Positions 19,455-30,053 are shown, counted from the first letter of the stretch. The stretch: 64,000 nucleotides of DNA from Promethearchaeota archaeon (GCA_030599585.1 JAUVNS010000013.1:69782-133781), one strand, 5' to 3'. A program made the numbers and translations. The notes: generated by a model not told the origin, from the sequence alone.

Positions 19455-21038
19455 TCAAAATCCACAATCTCGAATGACGGGATTTTTTTCTTTTGATATT
19501 TCTCTTCTAGTTAATCTTAAAAGAAGTTCTGTTTTGACTTCCAAATATTTATTATCATCCCATAAATTATTCATTTCATCAGGATCCTTTTTGAGGTTAA
19601 ATAACTCTCCATGTTCTCTAAATACAGAAAGTCTCCACTTATCAGATATTAGTGTTCGTATTTTTTGATTGTTATGGTCGTCATCCATTTCAATCATGAC
19701 ATCCTCATTAATCTCTTGTTGGGGATCCTTAAGTAATAGCTCTATGCTTTTTCCCTGCATTGAATCGGGAATAGGGAACCCAGCTAATTCTAGAATTGTT
19801 TCAGGAAGATCTATTGAACTAGTCAATGAATTGCAAATCTTATTTTGAATTCCTCCAGGCACTTTTATAATAAGAGGGATTTTAATTAAACCTTGATATA
19901 GAAAAGGTCCTTTGAAGAAGAATCGATGTTCTCCACCAAGATCACCGTGGTCAGTTGTATAAATTATTACAGTATTCTCTGCAAGACCGAGTTTTTCTAA
20001 CGATTCTGTTATTTCCCCAATCGCATCATCCATCATTTTTTCTGTACCATAGGATGCTGCTAAAATTCGCTTAGCTTCCATTTCTGTTAAATTTTTTGGT
20101 GTTGGGAATATGCTCTTTTCAGTACCTTCTGATCCTAGAAGTTCGTTGTAATGAGTCTTATTGAACTTCGAGCTATTTTCATGATTGTCGTTAAATGAGG
20201 ACGGTAAGATAATATCTTCTGGTTTATACATGTCAAAATATTTGCCCGGTGGCGAGAACGGATGGTGTGGGTCAGGAAAAGAACAGAAAGCAAAGAAATT
20301 CGATTTATCATACTGCCCCGTGGCAAACCTTTCCAGAAATTCAATTGTATTTTCTTTTACAAATGTTGTTGAATATAATTCTTCGGGCACATTATGTTTA
20401 AGAACTTGTATCTTAACGAATGATTTGTTAGTATTAATGCATAAATTGAGTTTGGCTTGCATCCTACTAATAGTATCTGACAATCTTATCCTCATGGGCT
20501 TTCTAAGCAAATCGTTTTCTTCTATTTTTCCCTTTACCCAATTCATGTAATCCGGATGACCACAAAGAGTTCCATGACCTGAGACAAGCTTAATTTCATC
20601 CAATCCAAAATAAGGAGAATAGTTAGTTAAATCACTATATTGTTTAGGATGAGCAAATTCTTGGCTCACAGTGGGAGATTTAAATTTTCCAGAAGAAGCT
20701 CCAAAATAATTTAGATGAATTTTACCGAAACTTGCCGTATGATATTCTCCAGATTCTAATAGCACATCTAAAAATGTTCTTGTGCCCTGTGGTAAATTTC
20801 TTCCATTTGTAGACACCCCATGAGATGAAGGATATTGGCCAGTGAAGATTGTACTCCTATTTGGCATGCAAATTGGATTATTACAATAAAAATTCGTAAA
20901 CTTAATTCCCTCTTTAGCGATACGATCGATATTGGGCGTTTTTAAGACCATATTGTCATTGTAACAACTTAAATGGTCGCGACGCTGCTGATCTGTAAAG
21001 ATAAATAAAAAATTTAATTTCTGGCTAATTTTAATCAC
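19455..21038 (-). CDS. Formylglycine-dependent sulfatase
   Basis: FIFTDQQR, CMPNR (CxPxR), GKIH, PDPHHPF, TTDHG. Confidence 0.92.
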   Translation of the reverse strand: MIKISQKLNFLFIFTDQQRRDHLSCYNDNMVLKTPNIDRIAKEGIKFTNFYCNNPICMPNRSTIFTGQYPSSHGVSTNGRNLPQGTRTFLDVLLESGEYHTASFGKIHLNYFGASSGKFKSPTVSQEFAHPKQYSDLTNYSPYFGLDEIKLVSGHGTLCGHPDYMNWVKGKIEENDLLRKPMRIRLSDTISRMQAKLNLCINTNKSFVKIQVLKHNVPEELYSTTFVKENTIEFLERFATGQYDKSNFFAFCSFPDPHHPFSPPGKYFDMYKPEDIILPSSFNDNHENSSKFNKTHYNELLGSEGTEKSIFPTPKNLTEMEAKRILAASYGTEKMMDDAIGEITESLEKLGLAENTVIIYTTDHGDLGGEHRFFFKGPFLYQGLIKIPLIIKVPGGIQNKICNSLTSSIDLPETILELAGFPIPDSMQGKSIELLLKDPQQEINEDVMIEMDDDHNNQKIRTLISDKWRLSVFREHGELFNLKKDPDEMNNLWDDNKYLEVKTELLLRLTRREISKEKNPVIRDCGF

Positions 21039-21159
21039 ACTTTAAAATTTAAATTTGTATTCAAAAAGATTACTAGAGTTAAAAATTAAAGCCAAAATAA
21101 ATCTTTTTATAGTCTTAACTCAAGAATGTATTAATAAAAAGAATTTTGAAATAAAGAAA

Positions 21160-22539
21160 ATGTCTGTTAATAAATTACCAAAAAAGCAAGTTTCGGGTTA
21201 TATAATGGGAATGGTTCCTCTAACAATCATTCTTGGAGTCTTTCGCTTAGCTTACATAAAATTTTTCTTCGATTCTTTAGGCCTTGATGCGATTTTGTTT
21301 GTAATTGGTATGGTTATCTTCATGTTTATCAACATGACGAACGATCCAATTATTGGTCAATGGCAAGATAATACCAATGTGGAAAAACGAGGTAGTCGTC
21401 GGATATTTTATATAAAATACTTCAGTCCACTTTTAGTAATTGTATTTGTTCTTATGTGGTTTCCATGGAGCACCGACAACGCATCTCCTTTAGGTCAATT
21501 TGTAATGTTTCTTCATTTTGTGATAAGTATCAGCATTTTTGATACGCTATCAAACATCGTTACTATGGCTTGGATGGCTCTACTGCCAGATATGACGGCA
21601 GACTTAGGCGAACGCACTAAAATTAACTTCTTTGGAAGCATATTAGGCCTATTCGCAAGTTTTCTTGTAATAACAGTGCCAACGATGGTAGATAATTTGC
21701 AGTTTTTTCAAATGTATAATATTGTTGTTGCGGTTATTAGCTATACGTGTTATTTATTGGTTGTTAAATTTTCGAAAGAACGTCCAGAACACCAACATGA
21801 TAAAAGTCCTCCTTTATGGACTGCCATCAAGCAAACTATTAAATCCAAATCGTTCATGATGTATGTTGGATTTAACTTTTTCAAGACGCTCATTAGTTCA
21901 ATACAACTCTCGTATGTCTTTCTATTTTTGATATTGATCGGTCCTGAGAATGTAGGATTATACTTTTTAATCGTAATTATAGTTGGTTGGAGTTCAAGTA
22001 TTCTTTGCATGAAGCTGAGAAAGAAACATGGATTTAAGAAGTTACTACTTCGGTTCACAACTATTCAATTCGTGGGTGGATTTATTCTATTCTTTTTAGT
22101 TTTAATCCCTTCAATCTCAATTCCCACTATGTGGATAGGACTTGCATTCTCGGCATTCTTTGGAGGTGCAGGTGTATTTGGAGTTATAATGCAGACGCTA
22201 CCTATTGACGAAGATGAAATAAAATATGGATCTAGGCGAGAAGGGATGTTTTATGGTATTAATGCATTGTTCACTAAACCAACTGAGAGTATTGGTCCTA
22301 TCATTGTGACTATTGTACTTGGATTAACTGGATACGTACAAAACTCTCCCATTCAAACAGATTTGGCGATGTTTGGAATTATATTTGTATTTTATTTCAT
22401 TGTCAACATTTTTGTAGCTTTAAGTTTAATATTTGCATACCTATTTCCACTAGAAGGCGAAAAATTAGAGCAACTCGAAACCGAACTTGAGGAATTACAT
22501 AAGAAAAAACGAGAAGAATTTGCTTCAAAAAATTTATAG
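21160..22539 (+). CDS. MFS transporter, glycoside-pentoside-hexuronide (MelB-like) family
   Basis: ~12 TM; NDPIIGQWQD..RGSRR, ALLPDMT..ERT, DEDEIKYGSRREGMFYG; ATG at 21160 preferred to TTG at 21055. Confidence 0.88.
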   Translation: MSVNKLPKKQVSGYIMGMVPLTIILGVFRLAYIKFFFDSLGLDAILFVIGMVIFMFINMTNDPIIGQWQDNTNVEKRGSRRIFYIKYFSPLLVIVFVLMWFPWSTDNASPLGQFVMFLHFVISISIFDTLSNIVTMAWMALLPDMTADLGERTKINFFGSILGLFASFLVITVPTMVDNLQFFQMYNIVVAVISYTCYLLVVKFSKERPEHQHDKSPPLWTAIKQTIKSKSFMMYVGFNFFKTLISSIQLSYVFLFLILIGPENVGLYFLIVIIVGWSSSILCMKLRKKHGFKKLLLRFTTIQFVGGFILFFLVLIPSISIPTMWIGLAFSAFFGGAGVFGVIMQTLPIDEDEIKYGSRREGMFYGINALFTKPTESIGPIIVTIVLGLTGYVQNSPIQTDLAMFGIIFVFYFIVNIFVALSLIFAYLFPLEGEKLEQLETELEELHKKKREEFASKNL

Positions 22540-22608
22540 TAAAATAAGCACTAATCAGTTTGATATTTTGCAATAAATAACTACTTATTTTTTTTTATTG
22601 AGGTTTTT

Positions 22609-23856
22609 ATTATTACATATGACTTAATAATTATCGGAGGTGGTCCAGGTGGAGCAACGGCAGCAAAAATTGCTGCAGAGAGCGATGCAAAGGTGTTGTT
22701 GCTTGAAGCTGCTGAGGAAGGACGGTATAAATGTTGTGCTGGAGGTATCCCAATTAGAAACGAGGAATTCTCATCAATTCCCCATGGAGTAGGTGATCGT
22801 GAAATAACTGGTGGAGTTCTATTCACACCTAAAAGTGGACCAATGGAATTCGATGCGTCGGGAAAAAACAACAAAGGTTTTTGTATGTTTCGAACTGACT
22901 TTGATAAACATTTAGTAAATATTGCTCAAGACGCCGGTGCTCAAATAAAGTATAAATTCCGGGTTAAAAAAATAGAAATAAACAAGAGTTCAGGCGTAAA
23001 AGTGATAGGACTTAAAGAATATCAAAGTAAGTGTGTTATCCTTGCAACTGGATTGGGAGGAGCTCAACTGCAAAGACAGGTTGGATTGGAGGTACCACCG
23101 ATGATAAACGGAATACAAGCGGAATTTGAGGTTCCAGAATCAGTTATCGACGAACAATTCGGTAATCGAGTGTGGGAATTCTTCGATCGGAGCATAATTG
23201 ATCACGGAATTGGGTGGGTCTTCCCGAAAAGTCAGGCATTAAGCATTGGAGTACTCGGTAAGGGTGTGAAAATGAGTCATTTTAAGTCTTTCCTACAAAA
23301 TCCATTCATAAAGGAAAAAATTCAGGGAAGAGAAATGAAAGTTTTTGGTGGTCGCAAAGTCTGGGCTGCTCCTATACCTGATCGTATGATCGCAAAACCC
23401 TATAGTGAACGAGTGATGATAATTGGAGATGCTTGTGGAACAGCGGATCCAATTTTATACGAAGGAATTTATCAAGCGCGATTATCTGGCAAAATTGCAG
23501 CAGAAGTTTTTTGTCAGGCACTTGAAGAAGAGGATTTTGGAGAATCTAAACTTGCAAATTACTACGCCCTCCTACTAAAACAGCTCTACGAAGAAGATTT
23601 GAGGTACTCCTATAAATTTCATTACCTTTTGTATCATAGTGGTCTCTTGGAACGAATCCTAGAAGCGTCCTATTCAATGGCTCAAGAAGATCCAGAGATG
23701 ATGCAATCCACTATTGCTTTATTTACAGGGAGCGAAACTAGGAAGCATAGTTGGGAAGTTATGATGTCTCGTAAGATGAAACTAATCAAATTATTGGGTA
23801 TTAAGAATAGTCTGAAACTTTTCCCAACTCTGGTTCATGCGCTACGTATCAAATAA
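22609..23856 (+). CDS. Geranylgeranyl reductase family FAD-dependent oxidoreductase
   Basis: In-frame upstream of the 22693 ORF start lies YDLIIIGGGPGGATAA (FAD motif); KCCAGG, RTDFD, GWVFPK, IGDACG..DPILYEGIYQA. Start placed at ATT 22609 (or 22612). Confidence 0.85.
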   Translation: MITYDLIIIGGGPGGATAAKIAAESDAKVLLLEAAEEGRYKCCAGGIPIRNEEFSSIPHGVGDREITGGVLFTPKSGPMEFDASGKNNKGFCMFRTDFDKHLVNIAQDAGAQIKYKFRVKKIEINKSSGVKVIGLKEYQSKCVILATGLGGAQLQRQVGLEVPPMINGIQAEFEVPESVIDEQFGNRVWEFFDRSIIDHGIGWVFPKSQALSIGVLGKGVKMSHFKSFLQNPFIKEKIQGREMKVFGGRKVWAAPIPDRMIAKPYSERVMIIGDACGTADPILYEGIYQARLSGKIAAEVFCQALEEEDFGESKLANYYALLLKQLYEEDLRYSYKFHYLLYHSGLLERILEASYSMAQEDPEMMQSTIALFTGSETRKHSWEVMMSRKMKLIKLLGIKNSLKLFPTLVHALRIK

Positions 23857-24001
23857 GTAAAAAAAAATTACAATTGTTTTTTTTATGAATTCATTTCATG
23901 GATTTTCTTTTTTATAAAATAACAAATATGGAGATATTTATACCTAAATACTTAAAAAGAAATATTCTTAAGATAACCTAATACCTATGAACTAAAATGA
24001 T

Positions 24002-25501
24002 ATGACACTTAAGAAAAGTATTGTGGTTATATTAATTATTATAATTTCACTAATCCTATTTACAAGTGAACTTATGATTCATTTTATCAATTTTCTTTAT
24101 ATTTATCCATTGGCATATTGGATCACCTATATCTCGGCGATCATTGGTGTTTTAACCGTTATTATTACTTTATTTTGGTATGCAAAGGCGAGAATAAGGT
24201 TTTCATCACCAATCAAAAAGAAGACATTTTCTTCCGTTAAAATAATTCTCACGATAATTACACTTTTAGGAATCATTCAGGTAATATTATCTCTATTTGC
24301 TAAAGAATTATTATACCAATTAACTTCTATATTGTTTATCTCTTTATCAGTAATTTTTGGTTTTAGAACTTTTATTAATTTATCCACTTCACTCTTGTTT
24401 CGTTCGAATATTAAGGAGTTTGGGACAACACCCTCAGTTTCAATAATTATACCTGCCTATAATGAGGGTAAAGTGATTGAAAAAACAATAAGATCAGTTT
24501 TAGAACTGCGTTATAGTCAAAAAGAGATTATTGTTGTGGATGATGGCTCATGGGATGATACTTTAAAAATTGCAAAATTGATGGAAACTAATAATCAAAT
24601 TAGGGTCATTTCAAAAAGAAAGAATGGAGGAAAGTGGAGTGCACTAAATGAAGGGATAGAATCATCTATATCAGATATAATAGTATGTATAGATGCTGAT
24701 ACAGTATTGGATAAGAACGCAATACAGCCATTAGTAAATCATTTCATTGATAGTAAAGTTGGAGCAGTAGCAGGGAATATAAAAGTTGGAAATCGAGATA
24801 AGTTACTTACAAAATTACAAGCTTTGGAATATATTTCTCAATTGAATATTCAAAGAAGAAGTGAGGCATTTTTTCAAAAAATAACAGTAGTTCCAGGTCC
24901 TCTAGGAGCTTTTAGAAAATCTATAATTAAAGAAGTGGGTTTCTATACTGGAGATACATTTGCAGAAGATGCAGACTTAACTTTAAAAATTTTAAGAGCA
25001 GGATATAAAATAAAATACGAACCTAAATCAATTGGATATACAGAAGCTCCAATATTTTTTTTTGACTTAGCTAAACAAAGGTATCGTTGGTATAGAGGAT
25101 TATTACAAGTAATAATTAAACATAAAGGCATGTTTTTTAATCCAAAATATGGAACTACAGGATTGTTTATAATTCCTTGGATATCTTTGAATGGATTAAT
25201 CTTTTCTTGGTTTAACTTTTTCGCAAGTGTATGGATTTTTATACTTATATTTAATCCATTTTCTGGATTTCTTATATATATACAAATTTATTTTTTCTGG
25301 TTTTTTTTCTTTCTGATAATAGAAGTAGTTATGAGTATGTATGCAATATATGTGGATGTAAGGGAAAAGCCAAAAATTTTGTTTTATATAATCGCTTATA
25401 AATTATTCTACGGATACATGACTAACACAATCAGAATTTTAAGTCAATTAGAGCAATATTTAAAATATCCTATGAAATGGGAGACTATTAGAAGAACTTG
25501 A
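24002..25501 (+). CDS. Processive GT2 glycosyltransferase (PgaC/IcaA/cellulose synthase-like)
   Basis: IIPAYNE, VDDGS, DAD, AED, QRYRW (D,D,D,QxxRW); N- and C-terminal TM helices. Confidence 0.9.
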   Translation: MTLKKSIVVILIIIISLILFTSELMIHFINFLYIYPLAYWITYISAIIGVLTVIITLFWYAKARIRFSSPIKKKTFSSVKIILTIITLLGIIQVILSLFAKELLYQLTSILFISLSVIFGFRTFINLSTSLLFRSNIKEFGTTPSVSIIIPAYNEGKVIEKTIRSVLELRYSQKEIIVVDDGSWDDTLKIAKLMETNNQIRVISKRKNGGKWSALNEGIESSISDIIVCIDADTVLDKNAIQPLVNHFIDSKVGAVAGNIKVGNRDKLLTKLQALEYISQLNIQRRSEAFFQKITVVPGPLGAFRKSIIKEVGFYTGDTFAEDADLTLKILRAGYKIKYEPKSIGYTEAPIFFFDLAKQRYRWYRGLLQVIIKHKGMFFNPKYGTTGLFIIPWISLNGLIFSWFNFFASVWIFILIFNPFSGFLIYIQIYFFWFFFFLIIEVVMSMYAIYVDVREKPKILFYIIAYKLFYGYMTNTIRILSQLEQYLKYPMKWETIRRT

Positions 25502-25643
25502 TAATAGTAATTTGAAAATGGTAATAATTGTTTTTTTACTACAATTGTATATATATTGTTTGCTCAGATTCTGTATATAATTTCTATTCTTGATTTTAAA
25601 TAGAATAAAAGAAGTAAAAGAAAATCGAATTTTGTTAAAAATT

Positions 25644-26585
25644 CTATCTGATTTTTTTATACATAGGATAGAAAATAGGTGAGATATAAGCTCCAATTAC
25701 TTTCGAGTAAAACTTAACAATATCTCCACCCACCCACATTATTTCACATTTATCTACGCCCTTTTGCTTTATATCCCATAAGCACCATAAAAAGAGTAGA
25801 GTCCCTATTCCTTTTCCTCGTAATGATTCTTTAACTCCTGTAGGCCCAAAAGAACCCGGAAAAAACTGACTATGTGTAGCCCATCCTACGATATTAAAGT
25901 TTGTATCTTTCGCAACAAAAGTCGTGGGAGGATTGAAAGTAAATGAGAATTTGACTTCAGCAGCCCAGGTATTATTAGGGAATTGTTGCCTTACGAAATC
26001 ATAAGTTTTATCGAAATCTTCAGGTTGAACGCGCTCATACGTGTAAGCTTCTTTTTTCAACGCAGGTTCTTTTTTAATATCGTCTAAAGAAACTGTGAGG
26101 TTGAATATAGCCTTCTGGGATTTAAATCCATGTTTTTTTAAAAAGAAATATAGACTAGTATTGCGTATATCAACACCGGGTTGCCAATATTCAGGAACGC
26201 TAGGACCATAAATTGCTTGAGTTATCCCTTTCTCCTTAGCTCGCCTTATAAATTCAAAAAACATCTTAGAACCAAGCCCTTGTCGTCTATATTGCTTGTC
26301 GACGACACACCCCTTGAAAAAACAATGGTTTTCATTTATTTCTTTTCGCTTTACTATAATAAATGCCGCGATCGGCTTTTTTGTTTCTAGATTAAACAAT
26401 ATCAAGGATAATTTTAGATCAAAACCATCGTCTTCTAGAGTTCCTCTTTGAAAATAACTAAAAGGTATCGAAAAAAAGCGGGAATTATTTTCAAATAGTT
26501 GGTATACGCTCTGAATATTATCCTTTGATAATTTTCTATAAACTATTTTATCTATAGATAATCTCTTGTTATTATTTCCATCCAT
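25644..26585 (-). CDS. Tandem-domain GNAT acetyltransferase
   Basis: Two acetyl-CoA motifs (YRRQGLG; LRGKGIG); YWQPGVD. Confidence 0.85.
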   Translation of the reverse strand: MDGNNNKRLSIDKIVYRKLSKDNIQSVYQLFENNSRFFSIPFSYFQRGTLEDDGFDLKLSLILFNLETKKPIAAFIIVKRKEINENHCFFKGCVVDKQYRRQGLGSKMFFEFIRRAKEKGITQAIYGPSVPEYWQPGVDIRNTSLYFFLKKHGFKSQKAIFNLTVSLDDIKKEPALKKEAYTYERVQPEDFDKTYDFVRQQFPNNTWAAEVKFSFTFNPPTTFVAKDTNFNIVGWATHSQFFPGSFGPTGVKESLRGKGIGTLLFLWCLWDIKQKGVDKCEIMWVGGDIVKFYSKVIGAYISPIFYPMYKKIR

Positions 26586-26614
26586 TTTCTATTTCTCTTT
26601 TTTAATTAAAAAAA

Positions 26615-27310
26615 TCATAGAAGGTTCATTAGATCTCTCAAAATTCCCTTATATGTTGGTTCGGGAGTTTCAGTCTTCAAATTAGTGTTTGGACTGTTTA
26701 CTAAGAAGGTCTGCGAGCCTAACTTAGCACACACCATATCCTTATCTTCGTCTCCTACCATAATGCATTCTTTAGCAGAGAGATTGAGATATTTAAATAT
26801 CAACTCATAATAAAGGAGGTTTGGCTTTGTAGCACATGAGTTTTCAATACTGGTTATGAGATCGTACGGAAAATCACCAATACCTGCCCAATCAAGACGT
26901 TGTTCAATCGATGTTAGAGGAAGAACGGGTCTGGTCGCAATAACAACCTTATAATCCTTGTTAAATGCAGTTTGAATAACTTTCCGTGCTTCTGGTTTCT
27001 TTTTCGTCAATTTCTTTAATTTCTTAAAATCTTCCTCGTAAAATTTATCAAAAAGTGGTTGGATATCGTCCTTATCATAGCCTTCAACAGGAAAAAAAGC
27101 ATTTGAAAACGCTTCTAAATTTGTAATTTTACCATCATTACGATCTACAAATTCGGACGCTTTCAGTATGGCTGGAACCATCTTTTTAGGAGGGATTAGG
27201 TGAGCTACACTATTCACTAATAGTTTTATATATTTTGGAACAAACTGGTTTAAATCTACATCCAATAAGGTTCCATCTAAGTCGAATAAGACTGCTTTAA
27301 GTTGTCCCAT
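26615..27310 (-). CDS. HAD family hydrolase
   Basis: FDLDGTL, KP, MVGD...D. Confidence 0.9.
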   Translation of the reverse strand: MGQLKAVLFDLDGTLLDVDLNQFVPKYIKLLVNSVAHLIPPKKMVPAILKASEFVDRNDGKITNLEAFSNAFFPVEGYDKDDIQPLFDKFYEEDFKKLKKLTKKKPEARKVIQTAFNKDYKVVIATRPVLPLTSIEQRLDWAGIGDFPYDLITSIENSCATKPNLLYYELIFKYLNLSAKECIMVGDEDKDMVCAKLGSQTFLVNSPNTNLKTETPEPTYKGILRDLMNLL

Positions 27311-27518
27311 AATTTTTTGTAATTTGATTTAAATGCTATATTTTAAATCTAAATCATATTAGCAATTATAATTTGTTATTTATCGTTCTTAGACTAGTTT
27401 GAAATAAAGTTTTAATAATTTGCAGATTACAATAAATAGTAAAAAAAAATATTAATAGAATTCTACAATTAATATAACTATAATAATTTTCAATAATTCC
27501 TCTGGGACGCTATAGAAT

Positions 27519-28727
27519 ATGAAACTTTCACTTAATGATTTAAACAATGGACAGGTTTATTTAGGTGACAAGCTAAATGTTAGAACAACATTTAATTTCG
27601 ATGACGATTCGTCAATTCTATGGTCTGGGATTCGCCTATTAACCCATCCTCCATGCTTAAAAGAGCTCCAGATAACCAAAGAAGAGATTTTTTCTAAAGG
27701 AATTTTTGAAAAAGGCGAATACATCAGAGAAAGGGCATTTCTAATAAAGAAAAATGTAATCCCTACGATTAAAAATAGAAATTTAGAGTATGAAATTAAA
27801 CTAATTTTAAGACAACCGCATCCCCTAAATTCTGAAGAGGATTTAGTGATTAATAGAACACATAAGATTGAAATTAGAGCTAAAGATTCTGGAGATCAGA
27901 TTATAAAACCAAATCCTCTTTCGCTTTCAATTTCAGGTTTGAGTATTAATGTATCCAAGGATGTATTCAGACCCGGAGAAACAGTTAAAATCAACTTCTC
28001 TTCAAACGAACTTAAACACATCGAAGTAAGATTATTACAAAAAGCGAATATAGTGTGTTATTGCGATGCTTATGGGCAAACATGTAGTAAAGTTGAAGAG
28101 CTACCTCCTGCAATCGCGGGAGATTCTAAGACTTCTGATATGAATAAAGAATTTTTATTGCTCAAGATTCCTGAGATCGCTCAACCCAGCCATAACTACC
28201 TCTGGGAGCCTCACGAGAAAGAATTTTGGGGTATGAAATACGGATCTTATGTAAAATGGTCTTTACTATTTATTGGAAAACCTAAACCAGAATATGGAAA
28301 AGAAACCATTAAGTTTGAAGTTCCAATTACGATTGTCGCAAAAACTCTGAGTGGACATGAAGTTGGTGTCGATTTATTCTCTAAGAGCACAACTGCAGCA
28401 CCTTCTATTTTCAATGGAGTCTCGTCTAAATTCCAGAAAGTATTCAAAATTACTTCTATTGACTCTGATATCGAAAAATATAGCATCCGAATTAAGAACA
28501 TATCAAAAGATTCTTTGAAGGGCGTGTCAGTAAAAACTTCTGGGCTTCAAGAAGGTTTATTTGAAACCGAACCAACTCTAACAGGCTTTAGTAGTTGGGA
28601 ATCTGGCGAGGAAAAGGAAATTGTTTACAATAGCAAGCAGAATATCTCAGCTTTAATTTGCATATTGGAAGACAACTCTCAGAGAGTTATAAGAATACAA
28701 ACTCCTTTAGCCTCTAACTTTTTTTAA
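27519..28727 (+). CDS. Arrestin-fold (alpha-arrestin/Vps26/Spo0M-like) protein with an extra C-terminal beta-sandwich
   Basis: Two beta-sandwich units: VYLGD..GEY...F.I...VIPT...Y and VFRPGETV..IEVRLLQ..LKIP...PS..VKW..FEVPITIV. Confidence 0.6.
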   Translation: MKLSLNDLNNGQVYLGDKLNVRTTFNFDDDSSILWSGIRLLTHPPCLKELQITKEEIFSKGIFEKGEYIRERAFLIKKNVIPTIKNRNLEYEIKLILRQPHPLNSEEDLVINRTHKIEIRAKDSGDQIIKPNPLSLSISGLSINVSKDVFRPGETVKINFSSNELKHIEVRLLQKANIVCYCDAYGQTCSKVEELPPAIAGDSKTSDMNKEFLLLKIPEIAQPSHNYLWEPHEKEFWGMKYGSYVKWSLLFIGKPKPEYGKETIKFEVPITIVAKTLSGHEVGVDLFSKSTTAAPSIFNGVSSKFQKVFKITSIDSDIEKYSIRIKNISKDSLKGVSVKTSGLQEGLFETEPTLTGFSSWESGEEKEIVYNSKQNISALICILEDNSQRVIRIQTPLASNFF

Positions 28728-28744
28728 GTTAAATTAGGTTTTGG

Positions 28745-29338
28745 TCACTGAAGCGCAGATATTATCTGTCCCTTATATAGATTTTTAAATACTAAGCTCA
28801 AAATTTCTTCAAAGCTGTCTAATATTCCCTCTCCATTCACTGCTATCGTCTTTTTAAAATCAATATTTTTAAATTTAAAGTAATTAATGTTTTCCAAAAA
28901 TACCGCTGGACTAAATTTATCCGGTAAATCTTGCTTGTTAAACGCTATAACTTTTGGTAAATTGATAATAATGTCCTCAAAATAATTACACAGCTCATTC
29001 CATGAAGTTAAATTTCGGTGATACACTTCCTGTTGTGAATCTGCTACGAATATAATCCCATCGATGCCTTGTAAAGTTGCTGGCCTTGTTATTATATAGA
29101 AATCTTGTCCAGTTGTGGAATAGATGTGAATTTTCAAATTCCATTGTTGATTTTGAAAACTAATCGTCCCATAATCGAAGAATAGTGTCCTTCTTACACT
29201 ACTTTCTATGCTCAAAACGCGATCTTTCTTCCCAAAATGGTTGAACAACGCTTTTATAGATGTAGTTTTTCCCGAAAGTGCTGGCCCGTAATAACATATT
29301 TTTAGCTGTATACTCCGAGTTAGTTGATCTATTATCAT
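28745..29338 (-). CDS. MglA-like small GTPase
   Basis: KICYYGPALSGKTT, RTLFFDY, TTGQ (in place of DxxG), GIDGIIFVADSQ, NKQD; ATG at 29338. Confidence 0.88.
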   Translation of the reverse strand: MIIDQLTRSIQLKICYYGPALSGKTTSIKALFNHFGKKDRVLSIESSVRRTLFFDYGTISFQNQQWNLKIHIYSTTGQDFYIITRPATLQGIDGIIFVADSQQEVYHRNLTSWNELCNYFEDIIINLPKVIAFNKQDLPDKFSPAVFLENINYFKFKNIDFKKTIAVNGEGILDSFEEILSLVFKNLYKGQIISALQ

Positions 29339-29453
29339 ATTACTTCTTGATATTAAAATAAGTTTAAAAAAGCCGATTTTTTTAGATGGTTCGCTCAAAG
29401 ACACACTATTATCTTAAAAAGATATTTTTAATCTATCCATAAAGCTCCTAAAA

Positions 29454-30053
29454 TCAAAAGATAATCGATGTAATTGCAAGAAGAATAATAATTATTAGAT
29501 AACATATACATTTAATTATTCTAGCTTCACTTTGGGAAGATGTATTGGGAGCCTGATAAGTCGGTTTTGCTCTTGGCTCTTCAGGATAATGAGGTTCCCC
29601 TCTATAAAGAGTTTTTGATGGTTGTACACGAATTTTAAATGGGAACGCAATCCGATGACCGGCATTAGAAGTTAAAGTAGCAGTTAGAGTGAAAAGTCCT
29701 GGTTGGTTCGCCGAAATTAGAAAAAAAATCTTATTAGTTGTTTTCTTAGGGCGTATTTTTCGTGATTTAATAACGATATCAACTTGTGGTGGACCAGAAA
29801 GTTGAACTTTGGCACCATCTATAGGAGCAGAGGTAATCTTCGCAACTTGCAAAAAAATTTTAGTTTGCATATCTTGACGTAAGACAGAGGTTTCGGTAAC
29901 CCAATCCAGGTGAATTTCAAAGTCGTCTTCAAATTTATTATCTAAAGTATGTGCATCAATCTGACTTTTTACTTCCATTTCTAATACTTCCCCACAGAAT
30001 GGACAAAATTGTGCATCGTCCGGTATTTTTGTGCCACATTCCTTACAGAACAT
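29454..30053 (-). CDS. Zinc ribbon + Ig-like domain, tail-anchored membrane protein
   Basis: MFCKECG...FCPFCG; central beta-rich domain; hydrophobic C-terminus. Confidence 0.7.
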   Translation of the reverse strand: MFCKECGTKIPDDAQFCPFCGEVLEMEVKSQIDAHTLDNKFEDDFEIHLDWVTETSVLRQDMQTKIFLQVAKITSAPIDGAKVQLSGPPQVDIVIKSRKIRPKKTTNKIFFLISANQPGLFTLTATLTSNAGHRIAFPFKIRVQPSKTLYRGEPHYPEEPRAKPTYQAPNTSSQSEARIIKCICYLIIIILLAITSIIF

